Notes: a model not told the origin generated them from the sequence alone. A stretch of DNA of 64,000 nt from Eledone cirrhosa (GCA_964016885.1 OZ024741.1:273792001-273856000), one strand, 5' to 3'; positions 31,225 through 44,255 are shown, counted from the stretch's first letter. A program made the numbers and translations.

Positions 31225-31420
31225 ATAATAATTGTTTCTACTTTAGGCACAAGGCCAGCAATTATCCAGTGCATTACTGGTACTTTATTTTATCGACCCC
31301 GTAATGAAGAAAGGCAAAGTTAACCTCGGCGGGATTTGAACTCAGATTGGAAAGGGCCGTAACTCTATGCATCAGAGTATGGTGTCCGATCCTTTACCGA
31401 TACTGCCAATGCACCGCCCT
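31225..31420 (-). mobile_element. Nin-domain SINE
   Basis: Family core and tail. Confidence 0.88.
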
Positions 31421-31435
31421 TGACAATCAATCTTA

Positions 31436-31936
31436 ACTATAATTAAGAAAGGAGTGCGGGATTCCGTCCAGAATATATTTTTTTACCCCGTTTGTAAAAT
31501 AAGTTGGATTACTTTGAATAAATAATGAATGAATATTACATAATTCATGTGATAAATCTCGTGGCTGTTGATTAAATATATTTTATAGCTTATTTAAAGA
31601 CCTTTAAAATTCACTTCTTTAACATTTTCAAATGTCAACACTTCCGGTTAGGGGCCGTTATATTATAACACTTATAAAAATATCGCATATATTTCCGTCG
31701 CTAATTTTCTCCCAATGCAGTTTATATATAATATTGTCTTTTTAAAATATATCATGGATTACGTCACTGATTACAGAAGACAGTGTAACATAGACTTCGT
31801 TCAATTTCTGTGTATATTGTCAATTACGATTTTATTTGATGTATCATATCTACATGCATATATATTTGTGTATAATATCAATATACACACTATACATGCT
31901 AGCAGAAAACCACCCGAAGGGTGATTTTTCTGCTAG
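31436..31936 (+). mobile_element. Non-autonomous Helitron-like element (copy 1)
   Basis: Homologous to 47037-47640; 3' hairpin AGAAAACCACCCGAAGGGTGATTTTTCT then CTAG|T. Confidence 0.7.
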
Positions 31937-32257
31937 TAATAATAATAATGGGTTATTATAATAGACTCAGGTGGTATAGTTTCAATTATGGAATTGTTGG
32001 GTCGAATGAAGTTGGTTTGAAATTAGCGAATTTAGTAGCTGCTTTATGCCTACAGAAAATTATATATATATATACACATATATATACATATATATATATT
32101 TAGATATATACATATATCATATTTAAAATGAATTCTTGAAATTTTGTATTTAGCTCCCGGACCCCATGTATTACCTCTGTATTTATGATATATATATATC
32201 CTGGAGTGTTAAGGGCGCCGTAGTGACATCCGGTGTTTTTAGTGAGTTTTAAAACCT

Positions 32258-32490
32258 GAACACAGCCAATTTCTCCCAGAGAAAAAAGGAGGGCCAAAAT
32301 ATAGAGGAAGAACCAACCTCAGTACTAGACTGGTTCTTTTTTTTTATCGACATCGAAAGGACGAAAGGCAAAGTTGACCGCGGCGTGATTTGACCTCGGG
32401 GTGATTTGACCTCAGAGCTCAGAGAACCAGAACGAATATGGCAAAACATGCTATCTGACGTTCTAACGAATCTGTCAATTTGTCGCCCCT
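32258..32490 (-). mobile_element. Nin-SINE variant
   Basis: TTTATCGACATCGAAAGGACGAAAGGCAAAGTTGACC...TCTAACGAATCTGTCAATT. Confidence 0.75.
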
Positions 32491-32492
32491 AA

Positions 32493-33314
32493 TCTATATA
32501 TATAAAACTGTGGTTGTCTGTCTGTCTATCGATTTTTGGCACACATCTCCTCTTAGAATCTCTCACGGAATTGCACCGAAATTGCTATACTTGTACATTG
32601 AGCCCTAGCGAAGACATCGGAAAAAAAATATTTCAAATTGACCCACCCTATGTGACGAAATCGAATATAATGTATCGATTTTTGAGCGTAAGTTATCAGT
32701 TATTTCCCTTTGTTCTGTTTACATTGAGCGTCTTACGTAAAAAATTACGCTGGCTTTCTCAGCGTTTAAAATGACATTAACACAATACACGAATTCCATT
32801 TAAAAGCATTTTAAAACAATATTTTTACTTGAAAACAAGTCTATTTAAAGACTACGTAAAACAAGCAAATATTTCGTCGTTAGGCGTGCAGACAGACAGT
32901 CGTGCAGAGAGGTGATATACGCGTGCAGACAGATAGTCGTGCAGAGAGGTGATATAGGCGTGCAGACAGATAGTCGTGCAGAGAGGTGATATAGGCGTGC
33001 AGACAGACATAACTGATAATTTGGTTACGCTAATGTTTTTCTCTGCGTTGCAGTGTTTACATTTTCGATCTTTGTTAATAAATAACCAGTGCAGTTTCTA
33101 TCCCCAGCATCCTCTTTTGTTATAAGATTCGGGTTATCGTTATGTTTTCTTAACTTCATAAGGCATATTGTTGGTTGAGGGAATATTAATCAAAAACACC
33201 ACATGCAAGTCTGCACAGTAGACACTACAGTTTTTAAGCCAAGAAAGAAACTTAACATTGTAACTTTAACACAGCTACTGAGCGACCCCGAGCAACGCCG
33301 GGCTTTACTGCTAG
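32493..33314 (+). mobile_element. Non-autonomous Helitron with an internal 38-bp tandem repeat
   Basis: A|TCTATATATATAAAA 5' end; CCCGAGCAACGCCGGG...CTAG|T 3' end; GGCGTGCAGACAGATAGTCGTGCAGAGAGGTGATATA about 3.5 times at 32881-33010. Confidence 0.85.
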
Positions 33315-33344
33315 TTTGTGATAAACTGAAGCCATATATTTAAA

Positions 33345-33505
33345 TCTGGCGGAATTATTAAAAGGTTTGCTTTGCAGTTGTGCAGTATCAGCTTTGATCC
33401 CACTGCGTGGCATTTTCAGTAAGTGACTTTTGAGATAGCTTCAGGTTGAACCAAGCCGTGTGTGTGAAATTGGGTAGACGGAAACTGTTTAGAAGCCCGT
33501 CAGAT
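33345..33505 (+). mobile_element. Diverged second SINE-like family
   Basis: CCCACTGCGTGGCA...GGTAGACGGAAACTG..AGAAGCCCGTC; reverse-strand pieces at about 54150-54215 and 59030-59065. Confidence 0.55.
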
Positions 33506-34049
33506 GGGGTGTATCTGTAATACAAACATTCAGCCTTGTCATACATCGTGTCCGCTGAACCTGACTTGTATATATTGTTACAAAATGAGGTCTCCAACTA
33601 CATCATAGCTCCAACAGCCCAAAGTCAGCAGCTGGGAAACCGCAAGCCTGTCCAGCAAGCCAACTTGCTTAGAACGGAAGAAATAGCTGCACCAGACTGG
33701 GTGTCTTGTATAATGTTGTTCTTCGTCACTCGGGTTCTCACCAATTATTCACATCGCCAACTTTACACCGACTGTCTTTACTATACCGCCGACATCAGAC
33801 CAACTGCTCTCGCTGCCAGCCTCACACAAATTCCCTGCATTGGTAACTCCACTGGTTTAAATAGTCTCTCTCCAGTAAAACACAAAACACCCGTGCATCA
33901 TGCTGCAAATCAGTCACATGATCCATTGTTCATTTTCCCTCGCTTTCGTTTGTAAATCTGAGGAACAGTGTTTCGAATTCGAGTAATACCATTTGCAGCT
34001 GACGGTTGACTTTACAACCTCCTTCGTAACAATATGTAGGGAGATGTAA

Positions 34050-34184
34050 CTCCAGCCCCTCTCCAGATCTGAACACAGCCGATTTCTTCCAGTTAAGAAA
34101 AGAGGGGAAAAGGAAGAGAGCGGGAAAGGGAGAAATAGGGAAAGAGGGAGATAAGGGAGTGAGAGAGAAATAGAGAGGGGGAGT

Positions 34185-34257
<73 letters not shown>

Positions 34258-34415
34258 GAACCTTATACTGGGTTGGTACGTTTTTTCTCGACATCGAAAG
34301 GATGAGAGGCGAAGTTTGACCTGTGCGAGATTTGAACTTAGAGAGCAGAGGGCCGGTACAAATACTGACATTCCCCCCCCCCGACCTTCAAATGACTGCC
34401 AATTCACTGCTTTGC
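34050..34415 (-). mobile_element. Nin-SINE variant with an expanded (GA)n
   Basis: Same layout as the 7690-8830 copies. Confidence 0.65.
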
Positions 34416-35494
34416 ACCATCCTTAGAATTATGTCATGTTAAGTGCACACGTGTCTGTGGAATACACAGGCATTACATGGTCAATTTCATTTAATGCGTA
34501 GCGCTTTCCGTTAATCAAACAATAGGATGACTCATCGCTGAAACAGACGGAGGTCCTGTTATAATTTTACACACATATATTTGAGTCTATGATACCCCCC
34601 ACGTACTTAATATATATTAATCTACAATACCCCGCAGTTAATATATTTTAATCTATGATAGTTCATGTGATATATTTTAATCAGTGACACCACCCAGGTA
34701 ATATCTTTTTAAACCACGATCCTCCTTTTTGTCCTCCCCCCTTCTTCTTCTTCTTCTTCTTCTTCTTCTTCTTCTTCTTCTTCTTCTTCTTCTTCTTCTT
34801 CTTCTCCAGCTTCGTGCTGCCGTATATGTGTGTGTGTGTAGGTTATACAGCAAACACGATAAGTCACCATTTCTTTACATGTTCTCAAAATTTGAACTCA
34901 CAACGGCAGTAACTGAAAGAGATAACACCCGACATATTATCCGACAGCTCTAACTAGGCTGCCAAACTCACAACAACCTCTGGACTGAACTTTGCTGGTA
35001 TCTTTCATCTACGATATCCTTCCTAACCCACCCCCAATCCACCCCTAACTAAACACCCCCCACAACCTCTACACCACCCACCAACCCACCAACCAACTAT
35101 GTTACATATTTTAATCTATGATAGCTAGAACATGTTATTTTACCTTAATCACTGACACCTCTCAGGTAATCTGTGACATCCTTCAGTTTAAAAAAAAAAA
35201 AATAATAATAATGATTCTTTTTGAGTATTTTCAGAAATGTATTTATATATTATTATTGTTTACAAGATTGTTATGACTTGGTCTTGCCAAACATGTCAAA
35301 CCCATGCTACACCCAAAACTAAAATTACTGACAGCACATTTAAAACAAGCACACAAACAAACAAACAAACATTCAGCAAGCGTGAATTAAACGTTTGCAT
35401 TAAGTTTCCTATTTCTTGCTGTGTTGCAAACAAAACACAATTTACGCTCTTTTCTCATATCTCGAGATATCTCGTATTTATTTAATTATCATTG

Positions 35495-35830
35495 GCAGCA
35501 GCATTAGTCTCAGCAGGAGCAGCAGCAGTAACAACAGCATCAGAAATAGCAGCAGCAGTAGCAACAGTAACAGCATTAGTAGCAGCAACAATAGGACTAG
35601 TATCAGCAGCAGCAGTAGCAGCAGCAGCATAGAAGCAACAGCAGCAGTAGTGGCAACAGGAACAGCAGCAACAGCACCAGCACCAGCAACAAGCACCAGA
35701 AACAGCAGCAACAACAATAACAGCAGCAGTAACAGTAACAGCAGTAGCAACAACAGCAGTAGCAACAGCAGCAGCAACAGCAGCAGCAACAGCAGCAACA
35801 GCACCACCACCGCCAGTAGCTGTAGCAGGG
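35495..35830. repeat. (CAG/CAA)n microsatellite
   Basis: Direct inspection. Confidence 0.93.
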
Positions 35831-36041
35831 ACCAAGTTCAAATCTCGGTATCTTCACCAAATATCACAGACAGACAGACAGACCGACAGACTGACTGACT
35901 GACTGATAGATTGATTTTTGTTCCGTTGTGTTGATCAATATTCACACCTTCGATGTCCTCCTTAGCTGATCTGCTGTTTTCTGTAAATATATACTCACAC
36001 ACAAATACACACATATACATACACGCATATATATATATATA

Positions 36042-36118
<77 letters not shown>

Positions 36119-36139
36119 AAAGAGAGGAGGGAGGGAGAG

Positions 36140-36445
36140 AGAGGCACTTGGCTTAGTCGTTAGAGCGTTTAAGTTCACAACGCCGTGATGTGAGTTTGAT
36201 TCCTGGACAGATTGATGCATTGTGTCCTTGAGCAAGATACTTTATTTCACGCTGTTCCAATTTACTTAGCTGGACAAATGATTTGTGATGTCACAGATGC
36301 GAAGCTGTATTGGACTTTGCCTTTCCCTTGGACAACATCGGTGGTATGGGGAGGGGAAACATGGACGACTATTACACAAATAAAATACACCCTGTCTGGA
36401 TTTGTGCCTCGTGACTGTGCATTTGTGACTGAAGGAAGGCTTTTT
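36140..36445 (+). mobile_element. tRNA-derived SINE with a V-domain-like core
   Basis: TGGCTTAGTCGTTAG A box, GAGTTTGATTCC B box, TGTGTCCTTGAGCAAGATACTTT. Confidence 0.6.
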
Positions 36446-37444
36446 TTATATAGGGAGAAAGAGGGGTAGGGAGAGAGAGAGCGAGAGAGAGGGAGAGAGG
36501 GAGAAGGAAAGAGAGAGAGAGGGAAAGAGAGAGAATCAAAGGGGGAGAGGAAGAGAAAGAGAGAAAAAGAGAAGGAGAGAGAGAGAGCGAGAACATAGAT
36601 GGGTTCAAGGAGAAATGGGAGACAGGAGAAAAAGGGAGAGAGAAATAGGTAAGAGAGATGTGGGCAGTGGTGACAGAGTGGGGAAGAGAGAGAGAGGGGA
36701 GGAGAGACATTTGAGAAAATTGTGAGAGGGTGAGGTGGAATGATAAAAAGAAAGGAGAAAGAAGAGCATGAGAGAGAGAGAGAGGACGGGGAATGAGCTG
36801 GTGACTGAAATAAATAGATAGATGGATATATATATATATATAAATGGAAAAAATGAAATTTCATTTCTCACTCTTAGTACGGCTGATACTTAAATATAAG
36901 TATGTATACTTATAATAAATGTTCGGTAAACCCATACGTATATATATATGTGTGCATGTATGTATGTATGTATGTATGTATGTATGTATGTATCCGGGAG
37001 AGATGACCCCTTAGCCTTTGTCAAGGCAGAATTCTAGGAGAAGGAAAACTCTGATATAACACCTGCAACCCTGATGATATCCAATGATGTTGACTTGTTC
37101 TTCTTTTTGGTAAATATCATCTTGGTTAAGAGAGTGGGAATGGCTTTGTGCAGTGCCTTTGCTCACTATAAAAGCTTCACGGCACAGGCATTGCTTTATA
37201 TCTGGAGATCTCTCTGCACTTGTCGTCACATGGTACCATGGGCCCAGCACTATGTGTCAATAATTGTCACAAGTGTAGTGTTTGTACCAAAGTTTTCAAG
37301 TCGCTGGCCGGACTGAAAAGTCACACTCGTTCAGCGCATCGGTAGGGGTTCTCCTACATGGATATAAAATAGTGGCCGTACTCAAAAACGAGTTGGCAGC
37401 CACCATGTATGTATATACATACTCTGTACGTCTGTATACATATA

Positions 37445-37810
37445 TTTATATACGTATACATACTTATATTTAAGTATCAGCCGTACTAAGCGTGAGAAAG
37501 GAAATTTCATTTTTTCCATTTATCGTTTTCGGTACGCCCGGCCGACTAACTCACTCGATATGCAAATTAGGCTGCTCAGCCGTTAATATGCACAAGGAAA
37601 GTATATACTTTCAAACGTTCACTCAACTGACAAGAAGGTATACGGTGCTGATGACAGCTAATAAGCTAGAAACTAATTCATCGTTCCTTTGTCAGTGTTG
37701 AACAAAATGGCAACGATGGTTGCCGAACACTGTACGGCTAATAATTCGGGCTGTTTGTTTACAAACAAGCCGAGCATTATAATAAATGTTCGGTAAACCC
37801 ATACGTACAT
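37445..37810 (+). mobile_element. Pseudo-LTR-like short element with a rearranged partial copy at 36841-36940
   Basis: 36841-36909 is inverted to 37454-37522; 36910-36940 is a direct repeat of 37777-37807. Confidence 0.7.
37642..37684 (+). ncRNA. Minimal type I hammerhead motif
   Basis: ACGGTG-CTGATGA-cAGCT aata AGCTa-GAAA-CTAA-TT-CATCGT. Confidence 0.75.
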
Positions 37811-37899
37811 ATATATATATATATGTGTGTGCATGTATGTATATATATACATACTACTGTACGTCTGCATACATATATGTATGTACATATACATATATT

Positions 37900-38019
<120 letters not shown>

Positions 38020-38528
38020 CATATAAATGGATATATGAAAGGAAGAGCAGTTGATAATTTTGGCGGGGGGAGGGAGGGGGGATAGACAAAGAAATAAAAG
38101 GAGAGAGAATGATAGATGGTTTTAGAAAGGTCTAGTATGTGAATAAGTATAACACACACACACTCCCACACAAACACACACACACACTCATATAGACACA
38201 GGGGCGAGGAATGATGGAGCCGCCTTCAGTTAATTTTCTAAAGACGTAATGAAGATATAAACTGTAAAAAAAAATGACATCTTTATCTTGTGTTAGTTTT
38301 TTAGTTTTTTCGCTAGATTTAGATTTTTCTCATCAATAACTCTTACACTTGGAAAACATATTATATTTACTATTAGTGGTGTCACGCTGTTAACCACGCC
38401 GTAGGTGTGGTTTCTACCTGGGCTGACGTAGACTCTGTATTTAATTATCTCAAACTGTGCGTCCTATTACCTGTACCACACAGCTAACCAAACCTTAGAT
38501 TTGGGTTTGTACGAGTGTTGAGCTAGAC

Positions 38529-38565
38529 CAGAGGTTCTCAAACTTTTGGGGTCACCGCGCCCCTC
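38529..38565 (+). mobile_element. Lone hAT (Charlie-like) terminal repeat
   Basis: CTAGAC|CAGAGGTTCTCAAACTTTT; the partner end was not found. Confidence 0.45.
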
Positions 38566-38677
38566 ATTGTCATGTAATACCCTCAACATCCACCCAACCC
38601 TATTTCCAGAGAGACCTGCCTACATGCAAATTGTAAATAATATATAATAAATAAAATCATTAATTTATATATAATAA

Positions 38678-38858
38678 ATAATTGTTTCTACTTTTGGCAC
38701 AAGGCCTGCAATTACCTAGTGTATTACTGGTACTTTATTTTATCGACCCCGTAAGGATGAAAGGCAAAGTAAACCTCGGCGGGATTTGAACTCAGAATGG
38801 CAAGGACCGTAACTCTATGCGTCAAAGCATGGCGTCCGACCCTCTACCGATACTGCCA
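38678..38858 (-). mobile_element. Nin-domain SINE
   Basis: Family core and tail. Confidence 0.9.
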
Positions 38859-38916
38859 AAATGATTTCATTTATTGGCCACAAGGGCCGTGTATGTATAT
38901 ATATATATATATAATA

Positions 38917-40637
38917 ATGATGATAATAATGGAGCTGCGGCGTTGCAAATGGGATACATATGAAAAAGTGAGTCCTTCATCAGTGACCCTCCAACCGTCC
39001 TCGGCATTTCATCGCTTTAAGGGCCATATGCCTCAGGTTGGTGCGAACAACGGCTAAAAAAAGTCGTTGGGACACGTAAATAAAGGGGGACGCTAGAGTA
39101 ACAACAAAAGGGTTTAAGCAACGGAAAGTGAGTAGAAATAGACAAGTCCCAGATCTCTATGAATATAAACTCTGTGAAATCGTGAACAAGAGACGAAAGA
39201 CCATCGAACCTGGTAGAAATGTGAGCAAGGAAAGAATTTCGCCCAAGTTTGACGGGGGGGAAAAAAGAGAGAGAGAGAGAGAAAGAAAAAGGAGAGAAGA
39301 AGAAGAAGAAGAAGAAGAAGAAGAAGAAGAAGAAGAAGAAGAAGAAGAAGAAGATAAGGTGGTCTGGTCTACGAATTCGGTAAACGCAAGTTTTGTGAAG
39401 TCGCAGACGAAAGAGAGAGAGAAAAAAATTCCATACCAGCTCGGTCAAGACTGCGCGAGAAAAGAATTACACACAGGTCAAACTTGAAGGAGGAGGAGGA
39501 AAGAGGAGGAGGAGAGGTAGTGACAGAGAGGGAGACTGCTAGAAGTGGTAAAGATACAAGGAACGAAACAGACAGGCAGCATGGAAAAGTAATATGTGTA
39601 AATATGATGATAATAATGGAGCTGCGGCGTTGCAAATGGGATACATATGAAAAAGTGAGTCCTTCGTCTCTTGTTCACGATTTCACAGAGTTTATATTCA
39701 TAGAGATCTGGGACTTGTCTATTTCTACTCACTTTCCGTTGCTTAAACCCTTTTGTTGTTACTCTAGCGTCCCCCTTTATTTACGTGTCCCAACGACTTT
39801 TTTTAGCCGTTGTTCGCACCAACCTGAGGCATATGGCCCTTAAAGCGATGAAATGCCGAGGACGGTTGGAGGGTCACTGATGAAGGACTCACTTTTTCAT
39901 ATGTATCCCATTTGCAACGCCGCAGCTCCATTATTATCATCATATTTACACATATTACTTTTCCATGCTGCCTGTCTGTTTCGTTCCTTGTATCTTTACC
40001 ACTTCTAGCAGTCTCCCTCTCTGTTACCCTCTCCTCAACTTTCACTCACTCATTCTCTGTCACTACCTCTCCTCCTCCTCTTTCCTCCTCCTCCTTCAAG
40101 TTTGACCTGTGTGTAATTCTTTTCTCGCGCAGTCTTGACCGAGCTGGTATGGAATTTTTTTCTCTCTCTCTTTCGTCTGCGACTTCACAAAACTTGCGTT
40201 TACCGAATTCGTAGACCAGACCACCTTATCTTCTTCTTCTTCTTCTTCTTCTTCTTCTTCTTCTTCTTCTTCTTCTTCTTCTTCTTCTTCTTCTTCTTCT
40301 TCTTCCTCTTCTCTCCTTTTTCTTTCTCTCTCTCTCTCTTTTTTCCCCCCGTCAAACTTGGGCGAAATTCTTTCCTTGCTCACATTTCTACCAGGTTCGA
40401 TGGTCTTTCGTCTCTTGTTCACGATTTCACAGAGTTTATATTCATAGAGATCTGGGACTTATCTATTTCTACTCACTTTCCGTTGCTTAAACCCTTTTGT
40501 TGTTACTCTAGCGTCCCATTTATTTACGTGTCCCAACGACTTTTTTTAGCCGTTGTTCGCACCAACCTGAGGCATATGGCCCTTAAAGCGATGAAATGCC
40601 GAGGACGGTTGGAGGGTCACTGATGAAGGACTCACTT

Positions 40638-40643
<6 letters not shown>
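38917..40643. mobile_element. Young tandem-plus-inverted element: about 1.1 monomers (-) joined to about 1.3 monomers (+), in (TA)n
   Basis: Period 687 in the left arm (38917/39604) and 744 in the right arm (39665/40409); arms nearly identical; junction near 39663. Confidence 0.9.
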
Positions 40644-40710
<67 letters not shown>

Positions 40711-40889
40711 CTGTAGACCGCATATATATGTGTAGGTACGTATATTCCCTCTGATAGTTTGTAAAAATTTTACATAGATCTATACGATATACATACCAAC
40801 ACATACATACATATCCTAGAAACGATCGTAAAATGATGAATTTTTTTAATATAAAGAAGTTTCTTTGTTTTTATTCATTATTTTTATTA

Positions 40890-40956
<67 letters not shown>

Positions 40957-40964
<8 letters not shown>

Positions 40965-41045
40965 ATATAAGCTATCGCCGTATTTTGACTAAATAATTTC
41001 TTTAACTTCTTTAGTCAAAATACGGCGATAGCTTATATTTATAAT
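40957..41045. repeat. Inverted repeat of about 38 bp next to (TA)n
   Basis: TTATAAATATAAGCTATCGCCGTATTTTGACTAAA / TTTAGTCAAAATACGGCGATAGCTTATATTTATAA. Confidence 0.88.
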
Positions 41046-41506
41046 TTCAAACTCGCTCGTTGTTTCGAAAATATTCTTACATATATATATATATATAGAG
41101 ATATATATATATATATATATAGATATAGATATTCAAAACAACAAACAGCGGAGGACGCGTTTCGCACCTTTCCGACAGACAACCTTTCCCCCACCCCGGT
41201 AAAAACCTCCAGTTGATGGATGTGAATCGGAAATATATAGGAACAATTAAATCTCTCCCAAGGTAACTCTCTCTCGTGTTCTTATTTTTATTTTATCCTT
41301 TATACTCTTTCCTTCATTCTTCTACACATCTTATACATACCACGCATCTCAACGTACACCCACTTACATCTCTCTCTCCACCACCGGATCTTGTTACCCG
41401 GAGATTTACCCATTTGCATTGTCGAGGCTTCCAAACGACTTAAAGATATTTACATATATATATATATATATATGTGAGAAAAACTACAGACCCTCCATCT
41501 CAACTC

Positions 41507-41545
41507 TACATTTGAAAAGCAGAAGAACTGCGAAACCGGTAAATA
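41507..41545 (+). ncRNA. Hammerhead variant with U3-A8 covariation
   Basis: TTGAAAA-GCAG aagaa CTGC-GAAA-CCGG-TA; stem I is weak. Confidence 0.55.
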
Positions 41546-41685
41546 TATATATTTTTTTTAAATAAGATTCCAGTTGCATTTTCGATTTCATCTTTTTTTT
41601 TTTTATACTTTCACTCGTGTAGGACACCTCGGTTATTTTTCATTTTGTAAAAAAATCCTCACTTTCTAATATATATATATATATA

Positions 41686-41900
41686 TAGAAGTATTTCCAC
41701 AACAGTTAATTCACCGCTTCCGAACCGAGGACAACTTGTTTCACCTCAGATAGATCATCAGCTCGGATGATCCGTCTGAGGTGAAACAATTGTTCTCAGT
41801 AATGGTGAATTAACTGTTGTGGAACTACTTCTACCAAACCCGTCCCATGGACTGAGTGCTCTACTACTGCGGATACAGTGTTCTACTACAGTGTTCTACC
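41686..41900. mobile_element. Foldback pseudo-LTR-like element
   Basis: 41686-41760 is inverted to 41766-41833; the unique tail contains TGAGTGCTC. Confidence 0.78.
41725..41766 (-). ncRNA. Minimal type I hammerhead motif (GUC site)
   Basis: CCGAG-CTGATGA-TCTATCTGAGGT-GAAA-CAAGTTG-TC-CTCGG. Confidence 0.7.
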
Positions 41901-41914
41901 AATATATATATAAG

Positions 41915-42108
41915 TCAGTTGAAAATTGCAAACCTGACAGTCAACACAGAATGTGAACCTGAAGATTGCGAAAGCATGAAATTACTTGTTCAATTAACAC
42001 TTAACATTTAATATTCTACCATACTATTTCATTATAATATGATTATAATTTTAAAGGATTGTAAATAAAACGAGTAAATCAGACAAAGTTAGAATTCTTT
42101 TTATTAAT
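41915..42108 (+). mobile_element. Hammerhead-bearing short element of about 190 bp (copy 1 of 3)
   Basis: Matches 45549-45730 and 57199-57381; hammerhead at 41954-41992 TGAAC-CTGAAGA-TTGC gaaa GCAT-GAAA-TTAC-TT-GTTCA. Confidence 0.85.
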
Positions 42109-42122
42109 ATATATATATATAT

Positions 42123-42226
42123 ACCGCCGAGGTTGACTTTGCCTTTCATCCTTACGGGTCGATAAAATAAAGTACCAGTAATGCACTGGGTAATTGCTGG
42201 CCTTGTGCCTAAAGTAGAAACAATTA
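42123..42226 (+). mobile_element. 5'-truncated Nin-domain SINE
   Basis: Core and tail only. Confidence 0.85.
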
Positions 42227-42261
42227 ATATATATATATATATATAGTATATCATCATTATA

Positions 42262-42316
<55 letters not shown>

Positions 42317-42455
42317 TATCATCATTATATGTACATCGCAACATTTGACTTAGCTGTATATATGAAAGTTATGGTAATACGGGTCAGGTCAAAATACTGA
42401 TACAGCTAACTTTCATAGTACGAGTGGAATACTTTTCATTCATTTGTACATATCC

Positions 42456-42538
<83 letters not shown>

Positions 42539-43376
42539 GCTCTCTCTCTCTATATATATATATAATAAATTATGTCTATAGAATCATTTGATAAAATATA
42601 TACACTATTTCCTCTCCCAACTAGCATAATTAACCACATAAAAAATCAATTAGACCAGGCTATAAGAATAAAGGCTCCTATGAAGAAATATTTGATAAAT
42701 AAACGAAAGTGGCCTCTTCGCGGCTGACCGCAATTGAATATTTACCCCACATTTCGACAGCATGTAGAAATTGACCAAATATACCGTCAACCATACTCAA
42801 TTAGGTATAAATTTAAAGTTAGAAGAAATGCGTACATTCTTACCGTGATTACGTCCTTACCATGGTTTCGTTCGTATTTTGAGATATCCTAATAAGGATA
42901 AATCTCGAGTATCGAACTCATCAGGAGACAAACTCAATAGGAAAGTTAATTTTCCAAAGCGATCCCCGCCAGAAATAGATTTTAAAAATGGCTAAGAATC
43001 GTGACGTAGCAGTGGTCAAGATAGAAAGAATGTGATTAGTTGCTTACGGCGAGTAGGCTGGTTGCTAGAAAGCGCAGCCCAATATCGCCCAAATTGCATC
43101 TCAACCGAATGGGAGATTATTAAATATAAAGATTTACAAATACACAAAGTCACAGATATATATGTGGCAACCGTTCACGATTTGGCTCAATGAAGAATTA
43201 ATAAATTAAATATATGCGCGTGTGTATACATATAAATATATATATATATATATATGTATATATCAATAATGGGTGACTGAACACACACGTGTTTCTTCTA
43301 AAAAAAATGTCGTTCGGTTCTTTCCTCTTCTCACTCTCTATGATTCTATTTCATCCTTTATTTCTCATTCAATCTC

Positions 43377-43411
43377 TCGATGAAGGACTAATATCCGAAA
43401 CACACCGTGTA
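43377..43411 (+). ncRNA. Hammerhead-like remnant (TCGATGA core)
   Basis: TCGATGA-A-GGA ctaata TCC-GAAA-CAC acc GTG-TA; no stem I partner. Confidence 0.4.
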
Positions 43412-43506
43412 ACAAGACGGGAATCGAACGCACGACCTTATGATCGCAAGCCAAACACATTAACCACAAAGCTACGCACCTTCACTCCTCTGTATTTATA
43501 TATATA

Positions 43507-43537
<31 letters not shown>

Positions 43538-44126
43538 ATACTTTACAGATGTATATTTATGACCACTTTATATACTACCACAATGACCACCACCACCAGC
43601 ACTATACCCCCCCCCCTCACCCGCGCCATACCCCCACCACCACCACCACCACCACCATCGTGTCCCCTACCAGTGATTTACTGTAAGGAAGGTATCAATA
43701 ATGTGAGTAGTTACCTCATTAGCGGGAATTGTATGTCTGTGTTGTGTCTCAGTAGGGTGATGGTGGTGGTGGTGGTGGTGGTATAGCGATGGGGGAAGGA
43801 AGAGCCCATCTCCCCTCCCCCCTCGACACGACCCCACACCTATTTGTTATCCCCACATAGACCAACTGTAGTGGTGCATGGAGAAACATGTATACACATA
43901 TACGGCAGGGACTGGCTTACGGTGTTGATGGCGGTGGTGGTGGTGGTTATGGCAGTGGTGATGATGATGGCGTTGCTGATGGTGGTGATGAAGATGGTGG
44001 CGGCGATGGTGACGGAGGTGGTGGTGGTGATGGTGGTGATTGCGGTGGTGGCAGTGGTGATGGTGGAGAACTTTGATAAGAAGCAGATGTATCAATGTCT
44101 CAGCTAATAGAAAAATTGAATATTCA

Positions 44127-44255
<129 letters not shown>

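Noticed and set aside
33536-33955. 139-aa non-repetitive ORF
   Set aside because: No recognisable domain; more likely decayed LINE-derived sequence between SINEs
39834-39880. Pistol, twister or HDV ribozyme, or C/D snoRNA, readings of the 39-kb motif
   Set aside because: Only short motif resemblances; the required helix order and conserved residues could not be assembled
41148-41175. Hammerhead 3' half (GAAACGCGTC, minus strand); similar remnants near 6990 and 45890
   Set aside because: The core or stems are missing, too degenerate to call
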